A DNA stretch of 64,000 nt from an uncultured Bacteroidales bacterium (GTDB lineage: Bacteria > Bacteroidota > Bacteroidia > Bacteroidales > UBA10428): contig CAZTSR010000006.1 of assembly GCA_964615995.1 (NCBI GenBank), positions 81,236-145,235 on the forward strand. The letters run 5' to 3'. Shown piece after piece: positions 1 to 9,012 of this stretch. Position 1 is the stretch's first letter. Each line of letters starts with the position of its first letter. Made by a program: the position numbers and the translations under genes. The notes beneath the pieces were generated by a model, which saw only the letters and a program-made list of their open reading frames with translations, did not search any database and was not told the origin of the DNA.

Positions 1-2
1 AA

Positions 3-215
3 ATTATCGGTGCCACGAGTCATTATGTAACCTCTGATCTGGATGCCGGCCCCATCATTGATCAGGATATTGTCAGGGTATCCCATCGTGATTCTATTGA
101 CCGCTTGATTATGAAAGGAAAAGATGTTGAAAAACTGGTGTTGTCAAGGGCCATTCTGTTGCATTTGTTCCGAAGAATTCTTGTATTTAACAACCGTACC
201 GTCGTATTTAATTAA
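3..215 (+). CDS. purU: Formyltetrahydrofolate deformylase, C-terminal fragment (5' end lies outside the window)
   Basis: Frame 3 reads IIGATSHYVTSDLDAGPIIDQDIVRVSHRDSIDRLIMKGKDVEKLVLSRAILLHLFRRILVFNNRTVVFN, stop at 213-215. This matches the conserved PurU C-terminus. Confidence 0.8.
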   Translation: MIGATSHYVTSDLDAGPIIDQDIVRVSHRDSIDRLIMKGKDVEKLVLSRAILLHLFRRILVFNNRTVVFN

Positions 216-263
216 TGCTACATATCTAACGAACCGTTCGTTACCTAAACTGTTACTTTATCA

Positions 264-863
264 ATGAAAGTTGCCATTATAAAATATAACGCAGGAAATA
301 TCATGTCGGTTGACTATGCTTTGCAACGATTGGGTATTTCTGCTTTGGTTACCGACAACCCTGATGAGATCCGATCTGCTGACAAAGTCATCTTTCCGGG
401 TGTGGGAGAAGCCAGTACAACCATGGAATATCTCAGAAATCAGAAACTGGACCTGTTAATTTCTCAATTAAAACAACCTGTCCTCGGCATTTGTCTTGGC
501 CTGCAACTGATGTGCCGTCACTCGGAAGAAAACGATACGCCCTGTATCGGCATTTTTGATATTCAGGTCAGGAAATTCAAGGCCATCGAAACTGATACTG
601 CACGGATTAAGGTACCCCACATGGGCTGGAATCGTATTTTTGATCTGAAATCGCCCTTGTTTGAAGGAGATATGGGAAACCAGTATACCTATTTCGTTCA
701 CAGTTATTATGCCGATATGGGAAGTGATACCATTGCTTCCTGCGAATATGGAACACCCTTTAGTTCGGCATTACACAGGGATAATTTTTATGCCACCCAG
801 TTTCACCCTGAGAAAAGCGGAAATCCGGGGGCTCAAATTTTAAAAAACTTTCTGGAATTATGA
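264..863 (+). CDS. hisH: Imidazole glycerol phosphate synthase, glutamine amidotransferase subunit
   Basis: 199 aa. GATase-1 motifs (GICLGLQL nucleophile elbow, FHPEKS). Overlaps hisA by 4 nt. Confidence 0.95.
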   Translation: MKVAIIKYNAGNIMSVDYALQRLGISALVTDNPDEIRSADKVIFPGVGEASTTMEYLRNQKLDLLISQLKQPVLGICLGLQLMCRHSEENDTPCIGIFDIQVRKFKAIETDTARIKVPHMGWNRIFDLKSPLFEGDMGNQYTYFVHSYYADMGSDTIASCEYGTPFSSALHRDNFYATQFHPEKSGNPGAQILKNFLEL

Positions 864-1585
864 TAACCATTATCCCAGCCATTGACATTATTGACGGTAA
901 GTGCGTCCGCCTGGAACAAGGAGATTACCGGTTAAAAAAGGTTTATGAAGCTGATCCGCTTGAGGTAGCCAAACGTTTTGAGAGTTTTGGCATCTCGCGA
1001 TTGCACATTGTGGATCTTGACGGCGCCAAAACAAGCCATATTGTCAATTACAACGTATTGGAACGCATTGCCTCAAAGACTAATCTGGTCATCGATTTTG
1101 GCGGCGGAATTAAGTCTGATTGCGATCTGAAAATTGCCTTTGACAGTGGGGCTGCTATGGCGGTAATTGGAAGCATCGCAGTAACAGACCGGGATTTGTT
1201 TCAGGAATGGCTGTTTGCCTACGGTCCTGAAAAAATTATCCTGGGTGCAGATGTAAAAGACTGTAACATTGCAGTTTCCGGATGGACTGATGTAACAGAA
1301 ATTACACTAAACGATTTCCTTCGTTTCTACAAAGCCATGGGGGTTACCCAGGTTCTTTGCACGGATATTTCCAGGGATGGAATGATGCAAGGATCTTCCG
1401 TTGGCTTATATGAGCAACTTGTCAATGACTTCCCCTCCATGAGACTGATTGCAAGTGGAGGTGTGTCGTCTGTTGCGGAAATTCGTGAGTTGAATCGTGT
1501 AGGATTGGCCGGTGCCATTATTGGCAAAGCATTGTATGAAGGAAAAATTCAACTGGACGATCTTAAAGAATTCTTATCCATATAA
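860..1585 (+). CDS. hisA: ProFAR isomerase (1-(5-phosphoribosyl)-5-[(5-phosphoribosylamino)methylideneamino]imidazole-4-carboxamide isomerase)
   Basis: 241 aa. [15 protein letters not shown] start, HIVDLDGA and SGGV motifs. Sits between hisH and hisF. Confidence 0.95.
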   Translation: MITIIPAIDIIDGKCVRLEQGDYRLKKVYEADPLEVAKRFESFGISRLHIVDLDGAKTSHIVNYNVLERIASKTNLVIDFGGGIKSDCDLKIAFDSGAAMAVIGSIAVTDRDLFQEWLFAYGPEKIILGADVKDCNIAVSGWTDVTEITLNDFLRFYKAMGVTQVLCTDISRDGMMQGSSVGLYEQLVNDFPSMRLIASGGVSSVAEIRELNRVGLAGAIIGKALYEGKIQLDDLKEFLSI

Positions 1586-1593
1586 TTTATCAC

Positions 1594-2349
1594 ATGCTTG
1601 CAAAACGTATTATTCCTTGCCTTGATGTCAGAAATGGCCAGACAGTCAAAGGAATCAATTTTGTCAATATTCGTGAAGTCGGTGATCCCGTTGAAATGGG
1701 TGCTTCTTATGCCGAACAAGGTGCAGATGAACTGGTATTTCTTGATATCACTGCCAGCCATGAAAAGCGTAAAACTTTTGTGGATCTTGTTAAAAGAATC
1801 GCACTGCATCTGAACATCCCTTTTACTGTTGGAGGTGGCATTAGCGATTTGAACGATATAGGAGCCCTTTTATCTGCAGGTGCCGATAAAATATCCATTA
1901 ACAGCGCAGCAATCAAAGATCCTGATCTTGTTAACCGAATGGCACTTCATTTTGGAAGTCAGTTTGTTGTTGTAGCCATTGATGCTAAAGAAGAAAACGG
2001 AAAATGGACTGCCTACATCAATGGAGGGCGCATTGCTACCGATAAAGAATTATTCAGCTGGGCAAAGGAGGTTGAAAGTCGCGGAGCAGGGGAAATCCTC
2101 TTTACGTCCATGAATCACGATGGCACTAAAAACGGTTTTGCGTGTGAGGCATTGGCACACCTGTCGGAAATCCTTTCCATACCCGTTATCGCTTCGGGTG
2201 GCGCTGGCAATATGGAACACTTTTCTGAGGTATTTACCAAAGGAAAAGCTGATGCAGGTTTGGCAGCAAGCATTTTTCATTTTAATGAAATTTCCGTACC
2301 CCAGTTGAAACAATATTTACACAGTCAAAATATTCCCGTGCGGATTTAA
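1594..2349 (+). CDS. hisF: Imidazole glycerol phosphate synthase, cyclase subunit
   Basis: 251 aa. [19 protein letters not shown] and GGGI motifs typical of HisF. Confidence 0.95.
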   Translation: MLAKRIIPCLDVRNGQTVKGINFVNIREVGDPVEMGASYAEQGADELVFLDITASHEKRKTFVDLVKRIALHLNIPFTVGGGISDLNDIGALLSAGADKISINSAAIKDPDLVNRMALHFGSQFVVVAIDAKEENGKWTAYINGGRIATDKELFSWAKEVESRGAGEILFTSMNHDGTKNGFACEALAHLSEILSIPVIASGGAGNMEHFSEVFTKGKADAGLAASIFHFNEISVPQLKQYLHSQNIPVRI

Positions 2350-2353
2350 TTGC

Positions 2354-2686
2354 ATGGTTTATAAATCATTCATCAGTTCAAATCATAACATCATGACCAA
2401 AAACAACATTCAATTCCTGGTACAATTGCAGGATCTAATTGATAAAAGAAAGGCCGAAATGCCTGAGCAATCATATACCACAAGCCTTTTTCGGAAGGGT
2501 ATCAATAAAATTGCACAGAAAGTCGGAGAAGAAGCGGTTGAACTGGTTATAGAGGCAAAAGACAACAATACAGAATTATTTCTGAACGAATCGGCTGATC
2601 TTCTGTATCATTTGCTTGTATTACTCACTGAAAAAGGACAACGTATTGAGGATGTTGTGGCTGTGCTGGAATCACGCCATAAATAA
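2354..2686 (+). CDS. hisE: Phosphoribosyl-ATP pyrophosphatase (HisE domain only, no HisI domain)
   Basis: GEEAVELVIEAKD...ESADLLYHLLVLL is the PRA-PH/MazG-like signature. The true start may be the ATG at 2393 (MTKNN...). Confidence 0.8.
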   Translation: MVYKSFISSNHNIMTKNNIQFLVQLQDLIDKRKAEMPEQSYTTSLFRKGINKIAQKVGEEAVELVIEAKDNNTELFLNESADLLYHLLVLLTEKGQRIEDVVAVLESRHK

Positions 2687-3157
2687 TCAAAGGCTATATT
2701 TAGAAAGTACTTCTTGCAAAGCATTCATATGGATAGGCTTTGAAATATATCCACTGAAGTTGCTTTCCATAATTCTGTCCCGGTCTGATGCCTGCGCATA
2801 GGCAGTAACTGCTATCAGGGGAATATTTTCATCCAGTTTCCTTATGATTTCGGCAGCCTGATAACCATCCATTACCGGCATTTTGATATCCATCAGCACA
2901 ACCCATTTTTCATCTGCCGGTTTATTTTTAAAAAGCTGAACGGCCTCTGCTCCATCCTTAGCCCATATCATCACAACTCCTGTATGCTTGAGCATGGCAT
3001 TCAATAATCTGTAATTTATGGGGTCGTCTTCAGCTATTAATAGTGTGAGTCCTTGCAGCCAGGTCTTATCCCTGAATTGCGCAAGATCAGGTTCATTCAT
3101 CAGTAAGGAATTTGTAAAATGGTTTAAAGATACTATTTTGTTTGGTTCATGCACCAA
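2687..3157 (-). CDS. Stand-alone response-regulator receiver domain protein
   Basis: LLIAEDDPINY...VLMDIKMPVMDG...IPLIAVTAYA...YISKP is a CheY-like REC domain with no output domain. The ORF track start is TTG; the ATG at 3100 (MNEPDL...) is more likely. Confidence 0.8.
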   Translation of the reverse strand: MVHEPNKIVSLNHFTNSLLMNEPDLAQFRDKTWLQGLTLLIAEDDPINYRLLNAMLKHTGVVMIWAKDGAEAVQLFKNKPADEKWVVLMDIKMPVMDGYQAAEIIRKLDENIPLIAVTAYAQASDRDRIMESNFSGYISKPIHMNALQEVLSKYSL

Positions 3158-3251
3158 TTAAAAAAAGCAGCGTAAATCATTATGATAACCGTCCGACATT
3201 CCCATATAATTTCCTAATTTCGTAAACAGCGCTCCTTTAATTTGCCCTGAT

Positions 3252-4406
3252 ATGATCCGGCTGAAACCTATGCATATTCTACTCCCAGTGTTCCTGCTTG
3301 TTACAGTATTGTTTTCGTGTTCCTGCAAAAAGCCAAAATCACAACCGGTTGCCAAAACACCAGAATGGCTGATACCAGCTTTAGAAGAAATTTCTGCAGA
3401 TACATTAATGACTGAGGAAACCAGATTGCTGTGGATGCAGTTAAAAATGTATCGCGGCAAAGGAATTCTTTTCGGGCAACAGGAAGCAACAATAACAGGC
3501 GTTGACTGGAAGAATCTGCCGGGACGTTCGGATGTAAAATCGCTTACCGGCACCTATCCGGCCGTGCATGGCTACGAACTTTCAGGTGTTGGCAATTATA
3601 CGAATATGGACAGTATTCCCTTTGATACCATTCGGGTACGTATGATCCAGACTTTTAACCGTGGCGGTATCAATACGGCCACCTGGCATATGAACAATCC
3701 GGTTACCGGAGGGACTGCATGGGATAATACCCCGGCAGCAGGACAAATTCTGCCTGACAGCAGTTTGGAAGAGTCCTATAAAAAAATGCTGAAAGATATG
3801 GCAGCGTTTTTTAGAAGTCTGAGAACCTCCGAAGGGAGATCTGTTCCGGTTATATTCCGCCCTTTCCATGAAAGCAATGGAAACTGGTTTTGGTGGGGCA
3901 AAGGTCAATGTGATCCTGAACAGTATGTTAAACTTTGGCGTTTTACTGTTTCATATCTCCGTGATTCATTACATGTTCACAACCTGCTTTATGCGTATTC
4001 AACAGATATGTTTGAAAACCGGGAACAATATATGGAACGGTACCCCGGTGATGAATGGGTTGATATCATGGGTTGCGAAAACTACCGGGACTTTCAATCG
4101 GGTACATCCATCTCCAATGGAGTCAATCAATTGCGAATGCTCGTGGACATGGCTGATAAAAGGAAAAAGATAGCTGCTCTTACAGAATGCGGATTTAATG
4201 GAATACCTGTTAAAAACTGGTGGACACAATTTTTGCTCAAACCCATCAGGGAGGATTCACTTGCCCGAAATATTTCTTATATGATGGTCTGGAAAAATGC
4301 TAATCCGAAGCAATACTATACCCCTTTTGAAGGACAGAAAAGCGCCGCTGATTTTATTGTTTTTGAAAAAGACTCGTTTACGCTGTTTGAAAGGGATATA
4401 CGGTAA
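3252..4406 (+). CDS. Glycoside hydrolase family 26-like (beta-mannanase type) lipoprotein
   Basis: 384 aa. The signal peptide ends in the lipobox LFSC. FRPFHESNGNWFWWG matches the GH26 catalytic acid/base motif. Confidence 0.75.
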   Translation: MIRLKPMHILLPVFLLVTVLFSCSCKKPKSQPVAKTPEWLIPALEEISADTLMTEETRLLWMQLKMYRGKGILFGQQEATITGVDWKNLPGRSDVKSLTGTYPAVHGYELSGVGNYTNMDSIPFDTIRVRMIQTFNRGGINTATWHMNNPVTGGTAWDNTPAAGQILPDSSLEESYKKMLKDMAAFFRSLRTSEGRSVPVIFRPFHESNGNWFWWGKGQCDPEQYVKLWRFTVSYLRDSLHVHNLLYAYSTDMFENREQYMERYPGDEWVDIMGCENYRDFQSGTSISNGVNQLRMLVDMADKRKKIAALTECGFNGIPVKNWWTQFLLKPIREDSLARNISYMMVWKNANPKQYYTPFEGQKSAADFIVFEKDSFTLFERDIR

Positions 4407-4410
4407 TTAT

Positions 4411-4460
4411 TTGTTGATTGGTTGATTTATTGATTGGTTGATTTATTGATTGGTTGATTT
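4411..4460. repeat. Tandem array of 8-nt units TTGATTGG/TTGATTTA (16-nt super-unit, about 3 copies)
   Basis: Read directly: ttgttgattggttgattta ttgattggttgattta ttgattggttgattt. Starts 5 nt after the GH26 stop. Confidence 0.9.
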
Positions 4461-4479
4461 CATGCTGTTAAATACAATA

Positions 4480-4546
4480 ACCGCTCCGCGGTAAAGAAGG
4501 TCTATCTAATCATATTTCTACAATACCAAAACCGCTCCGCGGTAAA
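4480..4546. repeat. Two direct copies of ACCGCTCCGCGGTAAA (4480-4495 and 4531-4546), each a small ACCGC/GCGGT hairpin
   Basis: Identical 16-mers 51 nt apart, each preceded by an acaata-like context. Confidence 0.85.
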
Positions 4547-4592
4547 AGAAAAGTCAGCAGAAAAAACAAGTCCATTTATTCAAATCAAAAAT

Positions 4593-4694
4593 CCCGATTA
4601 CCCGATTACCCGATTACCGATTACCCGATTACCCGATTACCGATTACCGATTACCCGATTACCCGATTACCCGATTACCCGATTACTGATTAAC
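4593..4694. repeat. Tandem array of CCGATTAC / CGATTAC units (12 copies plus a degenerate one)
   Basis: Read directly. 8-nt and 7-nt versions of the unit are mixed within one array. Confidence 0.95.
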
Positions 4695-4698
4695 TATT

Positions 4699-4744
4699 CC
4701 TTGTCACTTGTCCCTTGTCCCTTGTCCCTTGTCCCTTGTCCCTT
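4699..4744. repeat. Tandem heptamer array CTTGTCA/CTTGTCC (about 6 copies)
   Basis: ccttgtcacttgtcccttgtcccttgtcccttgtcccttgtccct. Confidence 0.95.
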
Positions 4745-4746
4745 TT

Positions 4747-4774
4747 TCATTGCTCATTGTTCATTGTTAATTGA
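4747..4774. repeat. Tandem heptamer array TCATTGY (about 4 copies)
   Basis: tcattgc tcattgt tcattgt taattga. Ends 3 nt before the Fe-ADH stop codon. Confidence 0.8.
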
Positions 4775-4776
4775 TT

Positions 4777-5961
4777 TCACAGCCGCTCCCTAAGCATCTC
4801 AGCCAACACCTCTGCCTCAAACACCACCGGATGCGCTTTATGTTCCGTAGCTTTTGCTATTTGGATCAAGTCGTTTTCAGTTATTCCAAATTGATGCAGG
4901 CCGGGTATTCTGAATAATTCCGTGAGTGATTCCATATAATCAGTTGCATAAAGCATATACCACTTTGTACTTTTCCCTGGCTCACCTGAAAATATGGAAC
5001 CAAGCCGGGCATATTTCATGTGAGCCAATGAAGTTTCCGGTTTTTTCAGCAGTTCTTGAACCGTAAATCTGTTAACAACCCCCATCAGTGTTCCGCAAAC
5101 CACACCATGCGGTATGTTGGTAAATCCGCCTACCGACGATGCAAATCCATGTACCAATCCCAATCCTGCATTTGCAAGCGTGATTCCTGACATCAGAGCC
5201 GCAACAGACATTCCTGTCCTTGCATCAAGATTTGTTCCATCAAGATATGCCGCCTTCAAACAATTATGAATATGACCGATACCTTCAAGGGACAAAGCTT
5301 CGGTTAAGGGGTTTGATTTAACAGACAGATAGGATTCTGTAAGCTGTGTAAAAGCATCCATACCACTTTGGGCTGTAATATGAGGCGGACATTCAACACA
5401 TAGCTTTGGATCCACAACAGCGATATCCGGAAGCAATTTTTCATGACGAAGGGAACGCTTAAATCCATTCCTGCCCGTTTCAGATAAAACAGCATTATAG
5501 GTTGCTTCACTTCCCGTTCCGGCGGTTGTAGGAACGGCAACAAAAAACTTTTTGACTCCCGGGTGGGCCATCTTTCCCACCCCTTCGAGGTAATCTTTAA
5601 TTTCTGCATCCAGCGGCAACATGGCAGAAACAGCCTTACCGGCATCAATAACACTGCCTCCGCCAATAGCCAGCACGATATCGGGCACACATTTTCTTTG
5701 TTCTCTGCAAATATCATCTATTACAGATGGGGACGGTTCATTGTCAATTCTTGCATATGAAACATGAACAGGCAGTTTATCAAGTTCACCCATCAGTGAT
5801 GCAATGGCTTTATTGGTTCTGTATGCCTTACCGCCGGTAATAACCAGCACGCTGCTGCCGTAATTATGCAACCACTTAAGAATAGATGCAGAACTATCAG
5901 GTCCAAAAATAATTTTTGGTGTACCGGCAAATTGAAACGGTTGAATCATTGGTTCAGTCAT
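4777..5961 (-). CDS. Iron-containing (group III) alcohol dehydrogenase
   Basis: 394 aa. GGGSVIDAGKAV and PTTAGTGSE motifs, plus the conserved His-rich metal site region (GLVHGF...IPHG). Confidence 0.85.
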   Translation of the reverse strand: MTEPMIQPFQFAGTPKIIFGPDSSASILKWLHNYGSSVLVITGGKAYRTNKAIASLMGELDKLPVHVSYARIDNEPSPSVIDDICREQRKCVPDIVLAIGGGSVIDAGKAVSAMLPLDAEIKDYLEGVGKMAHPGVKKFFVAVPTTAGTGSEATYNAVLSETGRNGFKRSLRHEKLLPDIAVVDPKLCVECPPHITAQSGMDAFTQLTESYLSVKSNPLTEALSLEGIGHIHNCLKAAYLDGTNLDARTGMSVAALMSGITLANAGLGLVHGFASSVGGFTNIPHGVVCGTLMGVVNRFTVQELLKKPETSLAHMKYARLGSIFSGEPGKSTKWYMLYATDYMESLTELFRIPGLHQFGITENDLIQIAKATEHKAHPVVFEAEVLAEMLRERL

Positions 5962-6245
5962 TCTACCTCATTAAACCGTATTCCCTGTCTGGGTTGTTCC
6001 ATCCATTCTGCTACCCGATCCCTCCATTGAAGGTAATGGCTGGTTTTCTTATGATCAGCAACAGCCTGTTCATCGCGAAAGGCTTCATAAAAAATAAACC
6101 TGGAAGGATTATTCGAATCCTGCAGGAGGTCAAACCGGATATTACCTGGTTCTTTTCGCGAATGATCACGGTTGATCCGGGAAGCAGCAATAAAATCCGC
6201 AATATGGACCTCCTTTACCCACACATAAACCAAAGTTGTTGTCAT
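5958..6245 (-). CDS. Antibiotic-biosynthesis-monooxygenase (ABM) fold protein, quinol monooxygenase-like
   Basis: 95 aa. The F.LLQD...P..F.FYE.F.D..A...H..T.H pattern is typical of the ABM/YgiN family. Overlaps the ADH start by 4 nt. Confidence 0.65.
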   Translation of the reverse strand: MTTTLVYVWVKEVHIADFIAASRINRDHSRKEPGNIRFDLLQDSNNPSRFIFYEAFRDEQAVADHKKTSHYLQWRDRVAEWMEQPRQGIRFNEVE

Positions 6246-6247
6246 AA

Positions 6248-8410
6248 TTAATGCTTTACAAGGGTTAGTTCATCCAGCAGCCAGTCTGCTTCTGCATAAT
6301 AATCAATCAAATACAATACATAGCGTATGTCAAGTGAAATGTTGCGGCATACAGACGGATCATACGCGTAATCACTCATCGTACCTTCCCAATTGCGATC
6401 GAAATTAACTCCAATCAGTTCGCCGTATGCATTTAAAACCGGACTGCCTGAATTCCCTCCTGATGTGTGGTTTGAGGCAATAAAGCATACCGGGATATTA
6501 CTGATGGATGGGATATTGGAGGTATTTGTGCTCTTATAAAGGGTCTTTAAGCGTTCAGGAACCGTATAGTCACGAATTTCAGGATCCTCCTTTTCAAAAA
6601 CACCTTGTAAAGATGTTTGATATTCATATTCAACTGCATCCCGGGGGCTGTAACCTTCAACCTTCCCATAGGTAATGCGCAACGTAAAATTCGCATCCGG
6701 ATACATTCTTGCCGATGGGTTCATGGCTTTTAATCCGGACACATAAGTTTTGTAATTTGTTTTCAGTTTCAAATTCAGACTGTCTATCTGATTATATCCG
6801 GCATAAAAAAGGGAATAAAAATCCCTGTACAGGCTAAAAAGAGGATCAACTGAGAGTTTTTTGCCTATCGCTTTTCGGGACCTGGACATGGTTTGCTTAA
6901 AACGGGTCGAATCGGTGAAAACACTGTTGGCAAACACATGAGCCACAAAAGCATCGTAATCATTGCCAAACTTGTCAGCAATTGTATTATAGAATGCAGG
7001 GTACATGGCGGGATTGTTGTAGTTTTTATAAACCCGCAACAAGGCCGGCATGATTTTCCGATCCATCTCCAATCCCTCTGACCTGAAAAAGCGTGAACCT
7101 GAATTCCTCATTTCAAGCATCATTTTCTTTTGGTAGCTTTCAGAAGAATCGGGTACGCCATAAAACTTTTTCTGAGCTTCATACACAAGAGCTGACAATT
7201 CAAGTGCATTTAATAGTTCTCCCCCAATGTCATTAGCCAGGTATAGAGGGGCATATTGCTGATAGAGTTCTTTAAAATCCTGCATTAAGGCAACATACTC
7301 CTTTTTATTATTTCCGGCAGCCCATTGGGTAAATTGCTGTTCAAATATTTTCTTTTGCTCAACAGCCTTTGAATTTTCAATGCCGTTCGCGGCACCCATC
7401 CATTTTTTCCATGCGTTGCTGATATTATTATGCTTACCGGTATAGCGCAATTTATATTGCGGGCCCCGGTTCATGATGTCTCTGAGAACATTCAGTTTTT
7501 CAGTACGTATTTCGACTTTTGCCGGTAATGATTTCCCAGCAATGAGATCCAGTCCGTCTGAAGTCAGGAACTGATCTGTTCTGCCCGGATAACCCAGAAC
7601 CATTGTAAAATCATTTTCTTTAATTCCGCTGGTAGAAATTGCAAAATGCTTTTTAGGTTTATAGGGTACATTGTCTTTATCAAATTCTGCAGGCTGATTG
7701 TCTTTTCCGGCATATATTCTGAAAAGTGAGAAATCGCCCGTATGGCGCGGCCAAATCCAGTTATCTGTGTCGGCTCCAAAGTTACCAATAGCTTCGGGGG
7801 GTGCACCAACCAGGCGCACATCAGAAAAAACCTCATAAACGTATAAATAATACTCAAGGCCAAAATAGACGGGTTTCACTTCAGCCTGATAATGTGTTCC
7901 CTGGATTGCTTCACTTCTGATTTGAGCTATATTTCCGGATATCATATTTTGTTGTGCCAATTCCGGCAGTGAATCTGAAACTCCTGAAAGAGCCTTCTCT
8001 GTAACGTTTTCCATTCTTACAAGAAAAATAACCGATAAACCCGGATTTGCAAGTTCTTCTTCTTTTGATTTTGCCCAGAAACCTTCAGCGAGGTAATTAT
8101 GCTCCACTGTGCTGTGACTTATAATCCGGCTTAAACCACAATGATGGTTTGTAATGACAAGCCCTTCAGAAGAGATCAGTTCGCCGGTACAACCATTCCC
8201 GAAAATAACCACAGCATCTTTCATGCTGGCGTGATTTATGCTATAAATGTCTTCAGCATCCAGCTGAAATCCCATCTCTTTCATTTCTTCAATATTCAGG
8301 CTGTCTAACAGGAGCGGAAGCCACATGCCCTCACCACTAAAACCCTTTGCAATATTAAGAAAGCTGATGATCAGTAACAGAAATGAAAATTTTACAGGAC
8401 TGAATTTCAT
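6248..8410 (-). CDS. S46 family serine dipeptidyl-peptidase (DPP7/DPP11-like)
   Basis: 720 aa with a signal peptide. GMWLP N-terminal motif, ITNHHCG (His), GNSGSPV (Ser). Confidence 0.85.
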   Translation of the reverse strand: MKFSPVKFSFLLLIISFLNIAKGFSGEGMWLPLLLDSLNIEEMKEMGFQLDAEDIYSINHASMKDAVVIFGNGCTGELISSEGLVITNHHCGLSRIISHSTVEHNYLAEGFWAKSKEEELANPGLSVIFLVRMENVTEKALSGVSDSLPELAQQNMISGNIAQIRSEAIQGTHYQAEVKPVYFGLEYYLYVYEVFSDVRLVGAPPEAIGNFGADTDNWIWPRHTGDFSLFRIYAGKDNQPAEFDKDNVPYKPKKHFAISTSGIKENDFTMVLGYPGRTDQFLTSDGLDLIAGKSLPAKVEIRTEKLNVLRDIMNRGPQYKLRYTGKHNNISNAWKKWMGAANGIENSKAVEQKKIFEQQFTQWAAGNNKKEYVALMQDFKELYQQYAPLYLANDIGGELLNALELSALVYEAQKKFYGVPDSSESYQKKMMLEMRNSGSRFFRSEGLEMDRKIMPALLRVYKNYNNPAMYPAFYNTIADKFGNDYDAFVAHVFANSVFTDSTRFKQTMSRSRKAIGKKLSVDPLFSLYRDFYSLFYAGYNQIDSLNLKLKTNYKTYVSGLKAMNPSARMYPDANFTLRITYGKVEGYSPRDAVEYEYQTSLQGVFEKEDPEIRDYTVPERLKTLYKSTNTSNIPSISNIPVCFIASNHTSGGNSGSPVLNAYGELIGVNFDRNWEGTMSDYAYDPSVCRNISLDIRYVLYLIDYYAEADWLLDELTLVKH

Positions 8411-9012
8411 AATGTTATCATTTTGGTCAATTCATGATATAATTTCTGCACAGGAAGGCCCATCACATTGTAGAATGATCCCTCAATATGTTCAACGCCC
8501 ACATAACCGATCCATTCCTGGACTCCATAAGAACCTGCTTTATCAAATGGTTTAAAGGTATTCACATAATATCTGATTTCATCATCATCAAACTTCCGGA
8601 AGAAGACCTTTGTTCCGGCATAAAAAACGCTTTCACGTGTTGCCGTTTTAAGGCAAACCCCAGTAAAAACCTCATGCATCTGTCCCGAAAGTCTGGTAAG
8701 CATGGAAATTGCATTTTCTGCATTATAGGGTTTTCCAATGACCTCATCATTTAAGTATACAATAGTATCAGCGGTTATAAGCAAAGTATTTTGCTTAATC
8801 CGCGATGCATACAATGCTGCTTTAGCTTCTGCCAGGTACATCGGAATTTCTTCGCGTTTCAATACGGAAGGGTACACCTCATCCATCTCAAGATCTTTCA
8901 ACACAGTGAATTTAATCCCGGCACCTTCAAGAAGTTGCTGGCGACGGGGCGATTTCGAAGCAAGGAGAATATCGAATGTATTGAGCTTTTCTAAGGTTTC
9001 AAGGGTTGTCAT
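8407..9012 (-). CDS. maf: Maf-like nucleoside triphosphate pyrophosphatase
   Basis: 201 aa. LASKSPRRQQLL, ADT.V, and KAGSYGVQE motifs. Confidence 0.85.
   Translation of the reverse strand: MTTLETLEKLNTFDILLASKSPRRQQLLEGAGIKFTVLKDLEMDEVYPSVLKREEIPMYLAEAKAALYASRIKQNTLLITADTIVYLNDEVIGKPYNAENAISMLTRLSGQMHEVFTGVCLKTATRESVFYAGTKVFFRKFDDDEIRYYVNTFKPFDKAGSYGVQEWIGYVGVEHIEGSFYNVMGLPVQKLYHELTKMITL

Noticed and set aside
216-263. A small palindrome, AACGAAccgTTCGTT, lies between purU and hisH and could be a terminator or a his leader.
   Set aside because: The stem is only 6 bp, there is no T-run, and no His-rich leader ORF is present. The gap is too short to support an attenuator.
2684-2689. The hisE stop codon and the receiver gene stop codon abut with zero intergenic nucleotides.
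   Set aside because: This is real but probably just tight convergent packing. No sequence feature here suggests a functional overlap mechanism.
3158-3553. A 131-aa minus-strand ORF lies in the same frame as the receiver-domain gene, separated from it by a single stop codon. It could have been the remnant of a hybrid histidine kinase.
   Set aside because: The translation has no kinase (HisKA/HATPase) motif. Most of it is antisense to the well-supported GH26 gene. The receiver gene has a plausible ATG of its own at 3100.
4593-4744. The tandem arrays could be taken for a CRISPR array.
   Set aside because: The units are only 7-8 nt long and directly abut, with no unique spacers. No cas genes are in the window.
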